A model generated the notes under the pieces. That model made no database searches. It worked only from the letters and a program-made list of their open reading frames with translations, and had not been told where the DNA came from. A DNA stretch of 64,000 bases from Pseudomonadota bacterium (lineage in GTDB: Bacteria > Desulfobacterota > Desulfobulbia > Desulfobulbales > SURF-16): positions 7,309 through 71,308 of the forward strand of contig JAHIVT010000059.1 in the NCBI GenBank assembly GCA_018816555.1, in the 5' to 3' direction. Position numbers and translations under genes: made by a program. Positions 27,821 through 35,737 of this stretch are shown piece after piece; position 1 is the first letter of the stretch; every line of letters begins with the position of its first letter.

Positions 27821-29065
27821 CTAACCGACAACGCTGGCCATCTTGAAAATCGGCAGATACATGGCGATGACAAGTCCGCCGATGAGACCACCGAGAAAAA
27901 CCATCATAAAAGGCTCAATCATGGCAGTCATGTTCTCCACAGCCTGATCGACCTCTTCATCGTAAAAATCCGCAATCTTCTCCAGCATGGTGTCAAGAGC
28001 ACCCGTGGCCTCACCAACATTGATCATCTGCACAACCATACTGGGGAAAACACCTGTCTCTTCCAACGGTTCGGCAATGGAACGTCCCTCAGTAATACTC
28101 TCCGCCACCCTGAATACGGCCTGCTCGATAACCTTGTTGCCCGCTGTTTTGCCGACCACATTCAACGAATCAAGAATGGGAACGCCACTGTGCAGCATGG
28201 TACCCAGGGTTCTGGTGAATTTCGCCACGGCAACCTTACAGATCAGCGGTCCGAACACCGGAGCTTTAAGAAGCATGTAATCGATTTTTTTCCGCCCCTT
28301 TTCCGTGTTATATATTTTCTTGATGGCAATAATGATAAAGGCTATGGCTGCGCCCATGAAGATGAAATTCTTTTTAACAAAATTACTGGCATCGACCACA
28401 ATCTGGGTGGGAGTCGGGAGCGCCGAACCGAAGTCGGCAAACATTTTGGCAAAAACCGGTACGACGAATATCAAAATGACGGCAGTGATGACGAGAGCGA
28501 TACAGAGACAGATCAACGGATAGGTCATGGCTCCCTTGATCTTTTTTTTCAGGGCCATGCTTTTTTCCATAAAGTTGGCAAGACGGTTAAGAATGGTGTC
28601 GAGAATACCGCCGACTTCGCCGGCATCAATCATGTTGCAGTAGAGATTGTCAAACACCTTGGGATGTTTTTTCATGCCATCGGCAAATGTCATACCTGAC
28701 TCGACATCAATGCGGATGTCGGTCAGCATCTTCTTGAAAGTAATATTTTCCTGCTGATTCGCAAGAATATCCAGACTTTGCACCAGAGGAAGACCTGCGT
28801 CAATCATCGTTGACAACTGCCGGGTAAAAATCACCACATCCTTGCCGGTCACCTTCGGCTGAAACATGGCAATGTTTGAGAAAATATCTTTTGGCGCCTC
28901 CTTCAGAACAGTCGGCTTGATTCGAATCTTCTTTAACTGGGAAAGCGCGGCAGCTTCACTGAAAGCCTCGATTTTTCCTTTTCTCTTCTCACCGTATGAA
29001 TTAACTCCCTTCCAGACATAGACAGGCATGAAATTATCCTTTTGTTTCGTTATAGGATGAGACAT
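27821..29065 (-). CDS. pilC: Type IV pilus / type II secretion platform protein (GspF/PilC family)
   Basis: 414 aa with the duplicated T2SS-F architecture and three hydrophobic segments. The start may instead be the ATG at 29029 (MPVYVWKG). Confidence 0.8.
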   Translation of the reverse strand: MSHPITKQKDNFMPVYVWKGVNSYGEKRKGKIEAFSEAAALSQLKKIRIKPTVLKEAPKDIFSNIAMFQPKVTGKDVVIFTRQLSTMIDAGLPLVQSLDILANQQENITFKKMLTDIRIDVESGMTFADGMKKHPKVFDNLYCNMIDAGEVGGILDTILNRLANFMEKSMALKKKIKGAMTYPLICLCIALVITAVILIFVVPVFAKMFADFGSALPTPTQIVVDASNFVKKNFIFMGAAIAFIIIAIKKIYNTEKGRKKIDYMLLKAPVFGPLICKVAVAKFTRTLGTMLHSGVPILDSLNVVGKTAGNKVIEQAVFRVAESITEGRSIAEPLEETGVFPSMVVQMINVGEATGALDTMLEKIADFYDEEVDQAVENMTAMIEPFMMVFLGGLIGGLVIAMYLPIFKMASVVG

Positions 29066-29264
29066 TCACGAAAGTGAAATGTTTTTTTCACCGCAAAACG
29101 GCTAATCACCAGCATCCAGAAATAAATTTTATATCAAGATTTCTAGAAATACAACTTTATTGACAATGTTTTCCATTTCTTATGGACTTTTTCTCCATTC
29201 ACCCCAAACAGATGCAAAAACCTGACCACGAGCCGGCAGCATGGTTCCAAGGCACTTTTTTCTG

Positions 29265-29293
29265 TTGACAGAGCCATCTCTTTCATTTAGATA
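29265..29293 (+). promoter_or_regulatory. Candidate sigma70-type promoter for the PxxKW gene
   Basis: TTGACA (29265-29270), a 17-nt spacer, then TAGATA (29288-29293), about 75 nt upstream of the ATG at 29370. This is a pattern match only. Confidence 0.25.
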
Positions 29294-29369
29294 GATATGT
29301 TTCGTAAACACAAATTTATTTTTCTATTGAGACAAATATTCTTATTTTTCATACAAGGAGGGTCCTGTC

Positions 29370-29633
29370 ATGGCTACCAATGCACCGACAGCAAGTGAAC
29401 TGCAAAGCAGCGGTTTTTTTAATCCCATCATCGATCAGTGTGATGGATGCGACAGAGTCGTCGAGGCAAACAATAACAAGTATTGTCAGACTTTCGCCTT
29501 TCCCGATGCAAAATGGCGTCTGGGTATCTGCAATTTTGCCACCCACAAAAAACCTGAGATAGTTGTCAGCACCATCAAGGTCAACCCTCTGAAAGCAGCA
29601 AAGAGGGCCTCAGGCGGCAAGAAAAAGAAATAG
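29370..29633 (+). CDS. Small cysteine-rich protein, apparently of the PxxKW family
   Basis: 87 aa. Cysteines occur at CDGCD, YCQ and ICNF. The motif FPDAKW fits P-x-x-K-W and the tail is Lys-rich. An SD AAGGAGGG lies upstream. Confidence 0.5.
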   Translation: MATNAPTASELQSSGFFNPIIDQCDGCDRVVEANNNKYCQTFAFPDAKWRLGICNFATHKKPEIVVSTIKVNPLKAAKRASGGKKKK

Positions 29634-29648
29634 TTCTAGCGGATCTAT

Positions 29649-29683
29649 GCAACTGGATGTCGGTACGGCCGGCATCCAGTTGC
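29649..29683. terminator. Hairpin between convergent genes, possibly a bidirectional terminator
   Basis: An 11-bp perfect stem pairs gcaactggatg (29649-29659) with catccagttgc (29673-29683). There is no strong T-tail. Confidence 0.4.
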
Positions 29684-29716
29684 CCGCAGACTGGAGTACT
29701 CCAATATTTTGTCCTG

Positions 29717-30268
29717 TCATCCCCTGGCCTTGGGGTAAAGCGAGAGAAGGAATTCCTCATCCTGCAGAATTTCCTGAAATCTTGAATAATTATCCCGAAA
29801 ATTCGCCGAAGCTTTCCCTTCCTTGATCAATAATTCAGCCGCCTGCTCAAGCATTCCCCTGGAATGATCCCTTATAGCATAAAAAATCTTGTCAAGAATG
29901 AACTGCGTTTTTTTCTCATAGGGTGGGACTTTCTTCAAAAGGGCAATTTCCGCGTGTCTCAATGTCGGATTCGAACATAAGGCAAACAATTTCGGTGTAT
30001 CATAGATATCTGCCGCCTCCAGAAAACGATACTGCATCTCCGCATCAAGTTCCCTGAACGCTTTCCTGAGCTGTCCCTGCTCTTCACCGCTTTTTTCCGC
30101 CAGTAACAAACGGATATAGGGCGTTATTTCTTCCTGAGACAAAATTCCTTTTCTGAAGACGCCTATAAGCCACCTGATCTTCATTTCCGGACTTTTTGAG
30201 ACAAAGGGAAGACATCTCTCCAGCCAGTTATTGGTCTTTTTATTTTTTAAAAAAGATATCATATTCAA
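29717..30268 (-). CDS. Hypothetical protein
   Basis: A 183-aa ORF downstream of and co-oriented with the CheY-like gene. No motif recognised. Confidence 0.45.
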   Translation of the reverse strand: MNMISFLKNKKTNNWLERCLPFVSKSPEMKIRWLIGVFRKGILSQEEITPYIRLLLAEKSGEEQGQLRKAFRELDAEMQYRFLEAADIYDTPKLFALCSNPTLRHAEIALLKKVPPYEKKTQFILDKIFYAIRDHSRGMLEQAAELLIKEGKASANFRDNYSRFQEILQDEEFLLSLYPKARG

Positions 30269-30301
30269 GACTATACAATTCTTATTGTTGCCGTACCAGG
30301 A

Positions 30302-30679
30302 TTACCGCACAACCTTATTAATGATGTACTCCATATATTCAGAGGTAAAAGGTTTGGTTACGTACTGCTGCGCCCCTTCTCTGAATGCGGCGATTATCTG
30401 TCCGAGTTGCGCCTCAGCAGTTACCATGACAAACGGCATGTCCTTATTTTTAGGGTCACGACGTATGGCTTTCAGCAGCTCAAGGCCGCTCAACCCGGGC
30501 ATGGAATAATCGGAAATGACCACCGCAACCTGCTCTGTGGCAATAGTCTTCAGGGCGCTACCAGCGTCAGACGCCTCCAGCACATCTTCATATCCCATTT
30601 TTGCCAGAAATGAGGAAATAATCCGCCTCATTACCCTTGAATCATCCACAACCAGAATTTTCCCGGATGCCTTTGTCAT
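30302..30679 (-). CDS. Single-domain response regulator (CheY-like receiver)
   Basis: KILVVDDSRVMRR, VVISDYSMPGLSG, FVMVTAE and YVTKPF show the canonical Asp/Thr/Lys residues. Confidence 0.85.
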   Translation of the reverse strand: MTKASGKILVVDDSRVMRRIISSFLAKMGYEDVLEASDAGSALKTIATEQVAVVISDYSMPGLSGLELLKAIRRDPKNKDMPFVMVTAEAQLGQIIAAFREGAQQYVTKPFTSEYMEYIINKVVR

Positions 30680-30898
30680 AATTTAAGGTAAGCGCTTATA
30701 TCAATTTTTGTTACCCGCTGAACATTTACAGATTGATGTCAGGGGGATATAAGAAATAATATTTCTGTTTGACGGAATAAACAAAGCAAGATACATTAAC
30801 TTGCAGCATAACAAATAAAATCCTTCCAAGCCATGCAGAAGTCCTATTTCGTCATATATTATCAAAAAAAATCTTTAAATGACAAGAAGTGAACAATC

Positions 30899-31831
30899 AT
30901 GTCAAACGCCAAGAAAACCGCCCCCAGCAAAACAATTATTATCCTTGTTCTTCTCGCCCTTGCCGCTGTTGCAGCATTGCTGATAGTAAATGCCAGCCGG
31001 AAAGCGGACAAAAAAACGGCCATCTCCCTGGAGCAGGAGCAGCAGAAACTCCAGGAAAAGGTAAATATTCTTGACAAGGAACTTGCCGCCCCGGAAGGCT
31101 CCGAATCCGGAGGTCAGAGCGAATCTGCCGGCATGCAGACCGAGTCCGGCGCCGAGGCTGATAACCAGGCAGCAGGCAAAGACATTACCATGGATCCCTG
31201 CAAAACCACCTCAGCCGGAATTGATAGGTTTTTTACCCGGCTGGACCAGGAAGATTACATTATCGATCTCAACCTGGAAGGCGGTTCAAAGGCATACTTC
31301 ATCACGGTCATCAATAAGCTGCTGGCCAACAAGCCCACCATCACCAGGGAAACTGACAATCTGCTGTCCATACTCCAGAATGCCGCCCACTTTTATCGTG
31401 TGCTGGGCGAAAAAAATATCTTTACCCTGAAAAAAATCATGGCCCTGGAAAAAGGTCAATTAGAACCGGTGATGGCTGACTTTTACTCTCTCATCCTGCA
31501 CCGGGATGAATGCCTGAGCGTTCAATATCCGATCCAGTTGCCCATGGAGGATTTGTACAGCTATTCGACCTTCTTTCTCAATACCCTCGGAGGCCAGTCC
31601 TATCTGTTTCGCCGAGAACCGGCTTTCAGGACCCTGGTCAAATATTACTGCGTGCTGGTCATGGACCTGGCCAACATGAAGAACGCCAATCCTCTGGGCA
31701 TTGATATCAGATATCCCATCAACAGCCTGATCGAGGAAATGACTGCGACATCCGGCCTGGAGAATAAGGACAAATACCTGGATAATCTTCTCCAGCTGCA
31801 GGAAAAGTATAAAACACTGTATGGCAACTGA
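30899..31831 (+). CDS. Hypothetical membrane-anchored protein
   Basis: 310 aa. It has an N-terminal TM anchor (IIILVLLALAAVAALLIV), then a coiled/acidic linker. No family recognised. Confidence 0.5.
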   Translation: MSNAKKTAPSKTIIILVLLALAAVAALLIVNASRKADKKTAISLEQEQQKLQEKVNILDKELAAPEGSESGGQSESAGMQTESGAEADNQAAGKDITMDPCKTTSAGIDRFFTRLDQEDYIIDLNLEGGSKAYFITVINKLLANKPTITRETDNLLSILQNAAHFYRVLGEKNIFTLKKIMALEKGQLEPVMADFYSLILHRDECLSVQYPIQLPMEDLYSYSTFFLNTLGGQSYLFRREPAFRTLVKYYCVLVMDLANMKNANPLGIDIRYPINSLIEEMTATSGLENKDKYLDNLLQLQEKYKTLYGN

Positions 31832-31878
31832 AATCTGAGATTCCCTGATTTCCGCCAACCTGGCCATAACATAAAGAA

Positions 31879-31912
31879 AGGGAACTGACCGCACAGTCAG
31901 TTCCCTTTTTTT
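31879..31912. terminator. Rho-independent terminator hairpin between the convergent 310-aa gene and the RyR gene (end of the cassette)
   Basis: The stem pairs agggaactgac (31879-31889) with gtcagttccct (31895-31905), followed by a T-run to 31912 on the plus strand. The minus-strand tail is T/C-rich, so it may act in both directions. Confidence 0.7.
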
Positions 31913-31933
31913 ATGTCTATTCTGTTCAAGCAA

Positions 31934-32251
31934 TTATTGCCGAAAAATTCCAAGCCTGATCATTTCGGCAATGATCGCCTTGGCACCCTCCACGTCGATT
32001 CGTTTTTCCGATTCCGGGAGGTGCTCATACGGGACGAGATTCGGCTGCAGCTTCCGGGCTTCATCCCGCTCTTCCCCGTAGCGCCACCCCTGGCCAATCC
32101 TCTCCGCCGCCCACCTGTCATGGTTGACCCGGGCGATTGCCTCCAGCGCGTCGCCCATGACCGCTGCCGCACGCTCCAGTTCGTCGCGACCGGCAATCCG
32201 CGGCTCATACTCCCCGAAAGGTGTCGCGATCTTTTTTACTGCCGCGCTCAA
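31934..32251 (-). CDS. Small RyR-domain protein (ryanodine-receptor repeat, Pfam RyR type); fourth gene of the cassette
   Basis: 105 aa. NHDRWAAERIGQGWRYGEERDEARKLQPNLVPYEHLPESEKRIDVEGAKAII matches the RyR pattern (H-x-x-W-x-x-x-R-x-x-x-G-W-x-Y-G...P-x-L-V-P-Y-x-x-L-P-E-x-E-K). A TTG start at 32251 overlaps the CHAT gene stop (TTGA), and an SD AGGAGA lies 7 nt upstream. Confidence 0.7.
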   Translation of the reverse strand: MSAAVKKIATPFGEYEPRIAGRDELERAAAVMGDALEAIARVNHDRWAAERIGQGWRYGEERDEARKLQPNLVPYEHLPESEKRIDVEGAKAIIAEMIRLGIFRQ

Positions 32252-34215
32252 GGTCTCTCCTTTTGGGGGGATACATTACTGTCACCGAGCGCGGCAAGTG
32301 CGGCCCTGGCAAAATCATCCCATTCATTTTGTTTCCAGATATCGACATAGCGGCGGAACTGCCGCATGGTTGATTGCACGGGAAACTCCTTGGGACCACA
32401 AGTTTCCAGGATCTCGTTGCAGCAACGGATAATTTCCTTCTTAGCCTCCTCCGCACTGTACTGCTCGCCTCCATAAAGAGCGCCCAGCATTTCCAGTTCC
32501 GCCAGCGTTCCGCAGGCCCAGGCCCGCTCGCTCCCAACCGCATTGAGCAACCTCCAGTGGCTGATTTGCCGAGCTGTGCTCCACCAGTGACCATGTTTTT
32601 TTGCCAATTCGGTCATGCCGACTTTTTCAGCCCTCATTAAGACCGCCAGCATTGACAGATACTGGGTGATAACCCAGTTGTTGGAGGGCTCGGCCACCAT
32701 GGCCTGCCTGTATAACAGGCAGCATTTCTGATAGGCTTCCAGTTTTTCCTTCTCCTTGCCTGCGATCTGCTCATAGGCGATGCCGATCCGTTTTTCACTG
32801 GCAGCGCTCACCCCCAGTCGTTCAGCCAGTTCCCTGTCGGAAGATTGCGCCTCAGGTTCTTCCCGCCATGCTTGCAGTTCCTCACGGATGGAGGCACAGA
32901 GACCATCCATCTCCCCGGTCACCGTTTTCTCATCCTGGCCCTCAAACTCTCCGATCTTGAGCAGATCATCGATCCGCGCGAATTTGGTTTCGATCCGCCC
33001 GCGGGTCTGCTTTTCGCGAAAATCGCTGACCTGATTTTCAAAATCCCAGGGCACGGTTGCATAGGTCACGATACTCGCCCAGTCATGCGTTTCCGGGCAA
33101 GAGGTGCGCAGACGCTGCCGCACTTCGTGGAGGACGCAGCGGGGATCGGCCCCCTTGAGCAGACGTTTGTACAGTACTTCAGTAAAGATGGTCGAGGAAC
33201 GCATCCACAGGGGAAACTGGGAGGCAAAGACCCAGGGGATGCCGGCGGCGTGCAGCTCGTGGGCTATGCTGCCGCCGGGGGTGAGCACGGAGCGCACATT
33301 GCCGGAATCGCAGGTTGCCAGCGAGAGCACAGTGGGCCGATGACGGGCGGCGCAGTCCAAAGCGCGGTCCGTGGTAAGGGCAATGGCGAGCCGCTCGCCG
33401 TCAACCACATCGACCTCTGCCGGGTTCGTGCTGTCGCACAACGCAAGCCCGTACTGCTGGTCGCCGGCATGATCATAGGGGGCGCCGTGGGCCAGGATAT
33501 GGACATGGGTGTACTCGGTATCCATACAGGCCTGCCGGATCTGCTCAAGCGTTGCTTCCGGCAGCACGGTGAGTATATTTTTTACCTCGGCCAGCCGCGC
33601 TTCCTCACTGTTCTTGATTTTTATCCAGGGGTCAATAGCGCGGCGCAGGGCAACCAGATGCCGTTCGGCAGGCACCACCGCGAGTCCGCCAGGGGAGGCA
33701 AAGATAAACAGGATGCGGGGCGGACGATTCCATTCCACCGGCAGGGGCCGGCCGCGCCGCACCTCCCTGGTCAGGGTGATGGGTGTCTTTGATTGCAGAA
33801 AGAGCGGCGAACCGGATCCGGGAAAACCTGCCGGGGCAATGGCCGCCTCAAAAGGCAAAAGAGCCAGTTCAAAACCGGAAAGCGACAGCCGCAGATGCAC
33901 AAACTTTCCCTTGGCCGCCTGGACGCTGCCGAGTTCGGCAAGCAGGCCGGGAACCTGGCCGAACATCTGACCGATGGTCTCGCCCAGTTCGCGCAGCTCG
34001 GCCTCCCGCTGACCTGCGGGCACAGGTGTTCCCTCGGTGTAATAGCGGAGCCGTTCCAGGCGGATGAGCAACTGCCGCTGTTCAAAGGGCAGGCGTACGG
34101 TCACCGGTCCGTCGGCACCGCAGAGGACGAGGTAAGGGGTCAGCGGTGACAGGAGCTGGTTGTGCGCCGGGCCGGGTCGCAGGATTTCCAGTTTGACGTT
34201 GTGGATCTCAGACAT
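32248..34215 (-). CDS. CHAT-domain (caspase-like) protease with a C-terminal helical-repeat region; third gene of the cassette
   Basis: The His/Cys dyad context is THVHILAHGAP (His codon at about 33487-33489) and VLSLATCDSG (Cys codon 33310-33312). An upstream ELALLPFE motif is typical of CHAT N-regions. I prefer the ATG at 34215 (MSEIHNVKLEIL) with SD GAGG, 4 nt after the stop of the upstream gene; the track ORF extends to 34362. Confidence 0.8.
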   Translation of the reverse strand: MSEIHNVKLEILRPGPAHNQLLSPLTPYLVLCGADGPVTVRLPFEQRQLLIRLERLRYYTEGTPVPAGQREAELRELGETIGQMFGQVPGLLAELGSVQAAKGKFVHLRLSLSGFELALLPFEAAIAPAGFPGSGSPLFLQSKTPITLTREVRRGRPLPVEWNRPPRILFIFASPGGLAVVPAERHLVALRRAIDPWIKIKNSEEARLAEVKNILTVLPEATLEQIRQACMDTEYTHVHILAHGAPYDHAGDQQYGLALCDSTNPAEVDVVDGERLAIALTTDRALDCAARHRPTVLSLATCDSGNVRSVLTPGGSIAHELHAAGIPWVFASQFPLWMRSSTIFTEVLYKRLLKGADPRCVLHEVRQRLRTSCPETHDWASIVTYATVPWDFENQVSDFREKQTRGRIETKFARIDDLLKIGEFEGQDEKTVTGEMDGLCASIREELQAWREEPEAQSSDRELAERLGVSAASEKRIGIAYEQIAGKEKEKLEAYQKCCLLYRQAMVAEPSNNWVITQYLSMLAVLMRAEKVGMTELAKKHGHWWSTARQISHWRLLNAVGSERAWACGTLAELEMLGALYGGEQYSAEEAKKEIIRCCNEILETCGPKEFPVQSTMRQFRRYVDIWKQNEWDDFARAALAALGDSNVSPQKERP

Positions 34216-34219
34216 GTCT

Positions 34220-35713
34220 TTACCTCGTGAACTGTTGAATGATCGTGCGGGTGACGGGATCGGTTCCTGCAATGTGGGCCAGTTCGCCGACCACTGTGCC
34301 GTCTTCGTCGGCCCTGATGCAGACCGCGCTCTGTTGCCGCAGGACAAAGGATTGCCGGTCAAAGACCGCCTGATCGATATCCTTCATCCGGCCTTTGACA
34401 AGCAGCTCATACACCGGCTTGAAGGTTTCTTCGCTGGCAAGCATGGCCTCGGTGAAACGGAGCAGGCGGATCCAGGTGCCGCAATTAAAATAAAAACGGC
34501 CGCCGCCCAGATCGATGGCGCGTTCAAGATGGGTATGACCGGTGACGATGAAATGGATACCCTGCCCCACCGAGTCGACCATCTCCTTGCAGGCGTCGTC
34601 CCGGTCCGCTATCTCGAAAGTCTTGTCACCCTTGAGCCAGTCTTTCAGTGCCCGGCGCAGGGCCTCGATCTTGCTGACGCCGCTAAACCAGCCGGTGAGC
34701 CGGTCCCAGAGATACTGGCCGGTACCGAGGGTTTCGTCCTGGGGATCAGTGACGGCGCTGCCGGTCTTGTATTGCTTTTCCGCCGCCAGCAGCAGGGCGT
34801 CGGCTGAGGGACGGCTGGCCCCGGCACCGCTGCGCAGTCCCTCCATGAGGTTTGGTCCCAGCAGACCCTCCACAGCCACGGGCCGTGCCTGCTTTTTGGC
34901 CGGGGCGGTGAAACCCTCGGCCGAAAGCCGCTGGTCCACCTCCCTGCTGCCCTCCACCTTCTCACCGATAACCGGGATGAGGCGGTTGATCTTTTCGAGC
35001 TGGCCGGGGTCAAGGGCCAGGAGCACGCCGACAGCGGCCGTCATCTCCGGTTTTAAAAGGTCAATCCAGGGATATTGCCCCTTCACCTTGTTCATGACGT
35101 CCTTGACCATCTTAGTGCCGGCGTTGGGCTCCCATTCGCCAGCCTTAAGCGATCGGCCGCTGTTGAGCCGCCGGGCCGCCTTGGCGAGGTCCTCGTAACG
35201 GACATAGTTCCAGGCGTCCACTTCGTTGCCGTGGGTGCAGAACACCCGGGCGCCGCCCACCAGGCAGGAGTAGCCGGCCCCCATGGTGGAAAACTCGATG
35301 CGGGCCCGGGCCAGGAGATCAGCACCGGCGAGCCGTTCGACCACGGCGCGCTGTACCACCGGAAAAGACAGCTCAAGGTCGTGGTTGCCAAGGGCGATGA
35401 CCAGGGTGCGTTTGTCAATTTTCACAAAATCCGCCAAGGCTTCCCAGATGGGGGCAAAAGCAGGATCTGCCATGATCCGTTTGATCACGGTCTCGGCATT
35501 GTCCACGGCGATGTAGCCGCCGCTCTCCTCGGCCAGGGTGTCGATGACATCACCGTTTAAGACCAGGGCCACTTGCCCGTCCGGCTTTTGTGCCGCCACC
35601 CAGCGGATGAATCCCGCCAGTTTCCCGGTCTCCCGGAGAATCTGAAAACCGGGTTCACCTCCCATGTGGAGGTCGGAGATGACATGAACTTCGTCGAATT
35701 GGGGTAAGGGCAT
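34220..35713 (-). CDS. Calcineurin-like metallophosphoesterase; second gene of the cassette
   Basis: All five MPE motifs occur in order: VISDLHMGG (DxH), NGDVID (GD), LGNHD (GNHD), CTHGNE (H) and VTGHTH (GHxH). A roughly 180-aa insertion precedes the last motif. An SD AAGGAG lies 8 nt upstream of the ATG at 35713. Confidence 0.8.
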   Translation of the reverse strand: MPLPQFDEVHVISDLHMGGEPGFQILRETGKLAGFIRWVAAQKPDGQVALVLNGDVIDTLAEESGGYIAVDNAETVIKRIMADPAFAPIWEALADFVKIDKRTLVIALGNHDLELSFPVVQRAVVERLAGADLLARARIEFSTMGAGYSCLVGGARVFCTHGNEVDAWNYVRYEDLAKAARRLNSGRSLKAGEWEPNAGTKMVKDVMNKVKGQYPWIDLLKPEMTAAVGVLLALDPGQLEKINRLIPVIGEKVEGSREVDQRLSAEGFTAPAKKQARPVAVEGLLGPNLMEGLRSGAGASRPSADALLLAAEKQYKTGSAVTDPQDETLGTGQYLWDRLTGWFSGVSKIEALRRALKDWLKGDKTFEIADRDDACKEMVDSVGQGIHFIVTGHTHLERAIDLGGGRFYFNCGTWIRLLRFTEAMLASEETFKPVYELLVKGRMKDIDQAVFDRQSFVLRQQSAVCIRADEDGTVVGELAHIAGTDPVTRTIIQQFTR

Positions 35714-35737
35714 TGCTGTTCTCCTTGGGTTAGATAG

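Noticed and set aside
34216-34362. A 49-codon N-terminal extension of the CHAT ORF that overlaps the MPE gene by 143 nt.
   Set aside because: The internal ATG at 34215 has an SD and sits 4 nt after the MPE stop. The extension is Ser/Pro/Arg-rich and unlikely to be coding.
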